A DNA stretch of 64,000 nt, from assembly GCF_006345805.1 (NCBI RefSeq), contig NC_043010.1:23622001-23686000 (forward strand). Direction: 5' to 3'. This stretch comes from Octopus sinensis (taxonomy: Eukaryota). The notes under the pieces are model-generated. The model did not search any database. It was not told where the DNA came from and was given only the letters and a program-made list of their open reading frames with translations. This document shows, in pieces, positions 61,287-64,000 of the stretch (position 1 is its first letter; each line of letters begins with the position of its first letter). The position numbers and the translations under genes are program-made.

Positions 61287-62199
61287 ATATATATATTATA
61301 GAAGGAGCTTCTACAGGACTAGAACTGTTATATATACGTATATATATATGTATAAATATATATATACATATGTATATATACTTATATATATATATATACA
61401 TATGTATATATATATGTATATATACTTATATATGTATATATTCCTATAGGTATATATATATATGTCTGTGTGTGTGTGTGTTCGCTAACTACACTGAGAT
61501 TGTATATGAAGCACGTACTTTTTAACTAAACATTCATATTTGCACAGATATTGTGAAAGCGTATCCCGTGTCACCGGCTAACGTAACAACTCTATTTCTT
61601 TTTATTGCTGCCGATGACTCCCACTCTGCTTCTCTCATTCGTTCTTTCTCTCTTTCTTCCTGGGCATAGCAACACACCCACACGCTCACACACACACACA
61701 CACATACACATACACATATACACGACTTTGTGTAGAGAAGGGCGGGTGTTTTCAAAAAGATAACGGGAGATTATACAAATGTCAAACAAGAAATTTAGTG
61801 CGTACGACAGCGATCCTGTTATCTCTGGAAGTACCATACCAAAAGCTAGACGCGATAAGCTGCCCGATGTGGGCGGCAGCGGCGGTTGGGTGTCATACAA
61901 CGCCTTTGCAAGTCGGGATTAATTCAGTTATCACTATTCTGAAGATAATAACATGTCATATAGGTTTGCACAGGAAGCCCTAAAGCTAATCAAAACCTCT
62001 AATTAACAGGTAAATTGGAGCTGATGCATTCTAACCAACTTCCGTGTTTTGAAGTCTCATATCTTACTCGTAGAAAAAAATTAAATTTGTAACGTTTTGC
62101 GGAGACGATGGAATAAATTGAGTTTTTCTAGAACAGTTTTTTTTCAACTATATCAGATCAACGAAGGTTCTAAATACAAAAAAAAATTTTAATGAATTT

Positions 62200-62261
62200 A
62201 TCATAATAATAATAATAATAATAACAACAACAACAATTTTATAATAATGATGATGATGATG

Positions 62262-62328
<67 letters not shown>

Positions 62329-62359
62329 AATAATAACAATAAAAATAATAGTAATAATA

Positions 62360-62404
<45 letters not shown>

Positions 62405-62530
62405 CAACAACAATAACAATAATAATAACAACAGTGCCACAGCATGGCCACAACTCGTGAGCTGAAACTAGATTAAAAAATACCAACAACAACAACAACA
62501 ACAATAATAATAATAATAATAATAATAATG

Positions 62531-62566
<36 letters not shown>
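62200..62566. repeat. (AAT)n/(AAC)n microsatellite containing a CR1/SINE 3' tail at 62431-62480
   Basis: Directly visible; the tail matches 3985-4040. Confidence 0.9.
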
Positions 62567-62567
<1 letters not shown>

Positions 62568-62599
62568 AATTTCATGTGGCATTTCATGTGGCACATGAA

Positions 62600-64000
62600 A
62601 TTTCATGTGGCATTTTCCAGGGTGACTCACTATCACCACTCCTCTTTTGTTTAGCCTTAATACCTCTCACAAAAATGCTCAATGACGCGCATTACGGATA
62701 TAAAATGTTTGATAAAAATATAAATCATCTCATTTACATGGATGATTTAAAGCTCTTTGCAAAAAATGACCAACAACTCAAGGGCTTACTAGCGATAGTC
62801 AAACAATTCAGTGACGACATCAGAATGCAATTTAGCCTCGATAAATGTGCAGAAGCTACATTTATCAAAGGAAAAATGACAGAAACATCTAACGTTAACC
62901 TTGACCAGCAGAATGTCATAAAAGAATTAGACCCAGTGGAGAGCTACAAGTACCTAGGGATAATTGAAAGGGGCGGAATAAGGTATTCAGTGATGAAGGA
63001 AAGGATCAGGAGAGAATGTTATCGCAGAGTAAGAGCAATACTCAAGAGAGAGCTGAATGCGAGAAACAGGATCGAAGCGATCACTGCTTTAGCCATTCCA
63101 GTCGTGACTTACAGTTTCAATATCGTTAACTGGTCAATTACTGAAATATGTAATCTTGACAGAAAAATACGAAAACTGTTGACAATGCATAGAATGCACC
63201 ACCCTAAGGCAGATACAGAACGATTTTATTTGCCAAGAAAAGATGGAGGTCGTGGACTTTTACAACTGGCAATAACAATGAAGATTGCTACAATTGGCCT
63301 AGACACCTACCTACAAGAAACAAGCACAGAAAAAGCTAAGCGCATGAAAACCCGTGTTAAAACTGCGGCCTTGAATATTCTAAATGATAAATGGCAAGAA
63401 AAACCTCTCTATGGCAAATACCCAAGGAGAGCGAATAATGCAGATGTTGACAAAGCCCTAACCCATCATTGGCTAATGGCCTCTGGTTTAAAATCTGAAA
63501 CAGAAGGGTTTATCATAGCAGCTCAAGATCAATGCCTACCTACAAGGAACTACCAGGCCAACATATTAAAGAACTCCAAGTGCAGTCTTCTAGCGCCTAC
63601 AGAGTATCTCAACAGGCATGATAGAGCTGCACAATATATTCACTGGGTAATTTGCAAAAACCTGGATTTGCCCCATGAAAAAAGCTGGTGGGAACACAAA
63701 CCACCTCCAGTGCTTGAAAATGACCACATCTCTTTCCTCTGGAACTTCACCATTCAAACTGACAGAAAGATAGATGCAAAAAGGCCAGACATCATATTGA
63801 AAGACTTCAGACAAAGAACATGCCTCATTAATATGACTGTCCCAATCGATATAAACGTATCTGTCAAGACCTACCAGGAACTGGGCAAATATAAAGATCT
63901 TGAAATAGAAATCAGCAAAATGTGGAACCTGAAGACTAAAACAATACCTGCTGTCATAGGTGCCCTGGGAATGATAGCAAAAGGGACTGATTGGTACCTA
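62600..64000 (+). mobile_element. R4/Dong-like LINE, 5'-truncated; ORF open to the window end (absent from the ORF track)
   Basis: ISCGIFQGDSLSPLLF...NHLIYMDDLKLF...YKYLGI...HHPKADTERFYLPRKDGGRGL...EGFIIAAQDQ...RPDIILKD...KYKDL; no stop found when translating 62600-64000 by hand. Confidence 0.9.

Noticed and set aside
61735-61900. GC-box (GGGCGG) pair suggesting a promoter
   Set aside because: Two short motifs with no associated exon or other support.

Overview
AT-rich, microsatellite-saturated, transposon-dense eukaryotic DNA. The SINE and retroelement families resemble those of octopod cephalopods (Octopus); this is pattern recognition, not a database hit. No complete host gene, rRNA, true tRNA or CRISPR is supported, and almost all ORFs in the supplied track are microsatellite artefacts. 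Real coding remnants come from Penelope-like elements (PLE; RT and GIY-YIG), Tx1/L1-clade LINEs (3 copies), R4/Dong-type restriction-like-endonuclease LINEs (3 copies), RTE LINEs (3), a CR1-group LINE, a Helitron Rep fragment and three Tc1/mariner ends. There are also many tRNA-derived SINEs. The main signal outside the ORF track is about 15 type I hammerhead ribozyme (HHR) motifs from several unrelated repeat families, about 7 with full catalytic cores. One sits in a head-to-tail ~479-bp tandem array (46943-48102) carrying two identical HHRs 474 nt apart, a retrozyme-like layout predicted to release a unit-length, circularisable RNA. Other notable items: an HHR duplicated as a perfect 78-bp inverted repeat, an inverted repeat whose mismatches are almost all G.U-compatible on one strand, microsatellite-targeted LINE insertions, LINE ORFs still open despite in-frame deletions, and recurrent fold-back junctions. 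Duplications at 36.1-41.1 kb (around a 100-N gap) and 41.5-44.9 kb may be assembly artefacts.
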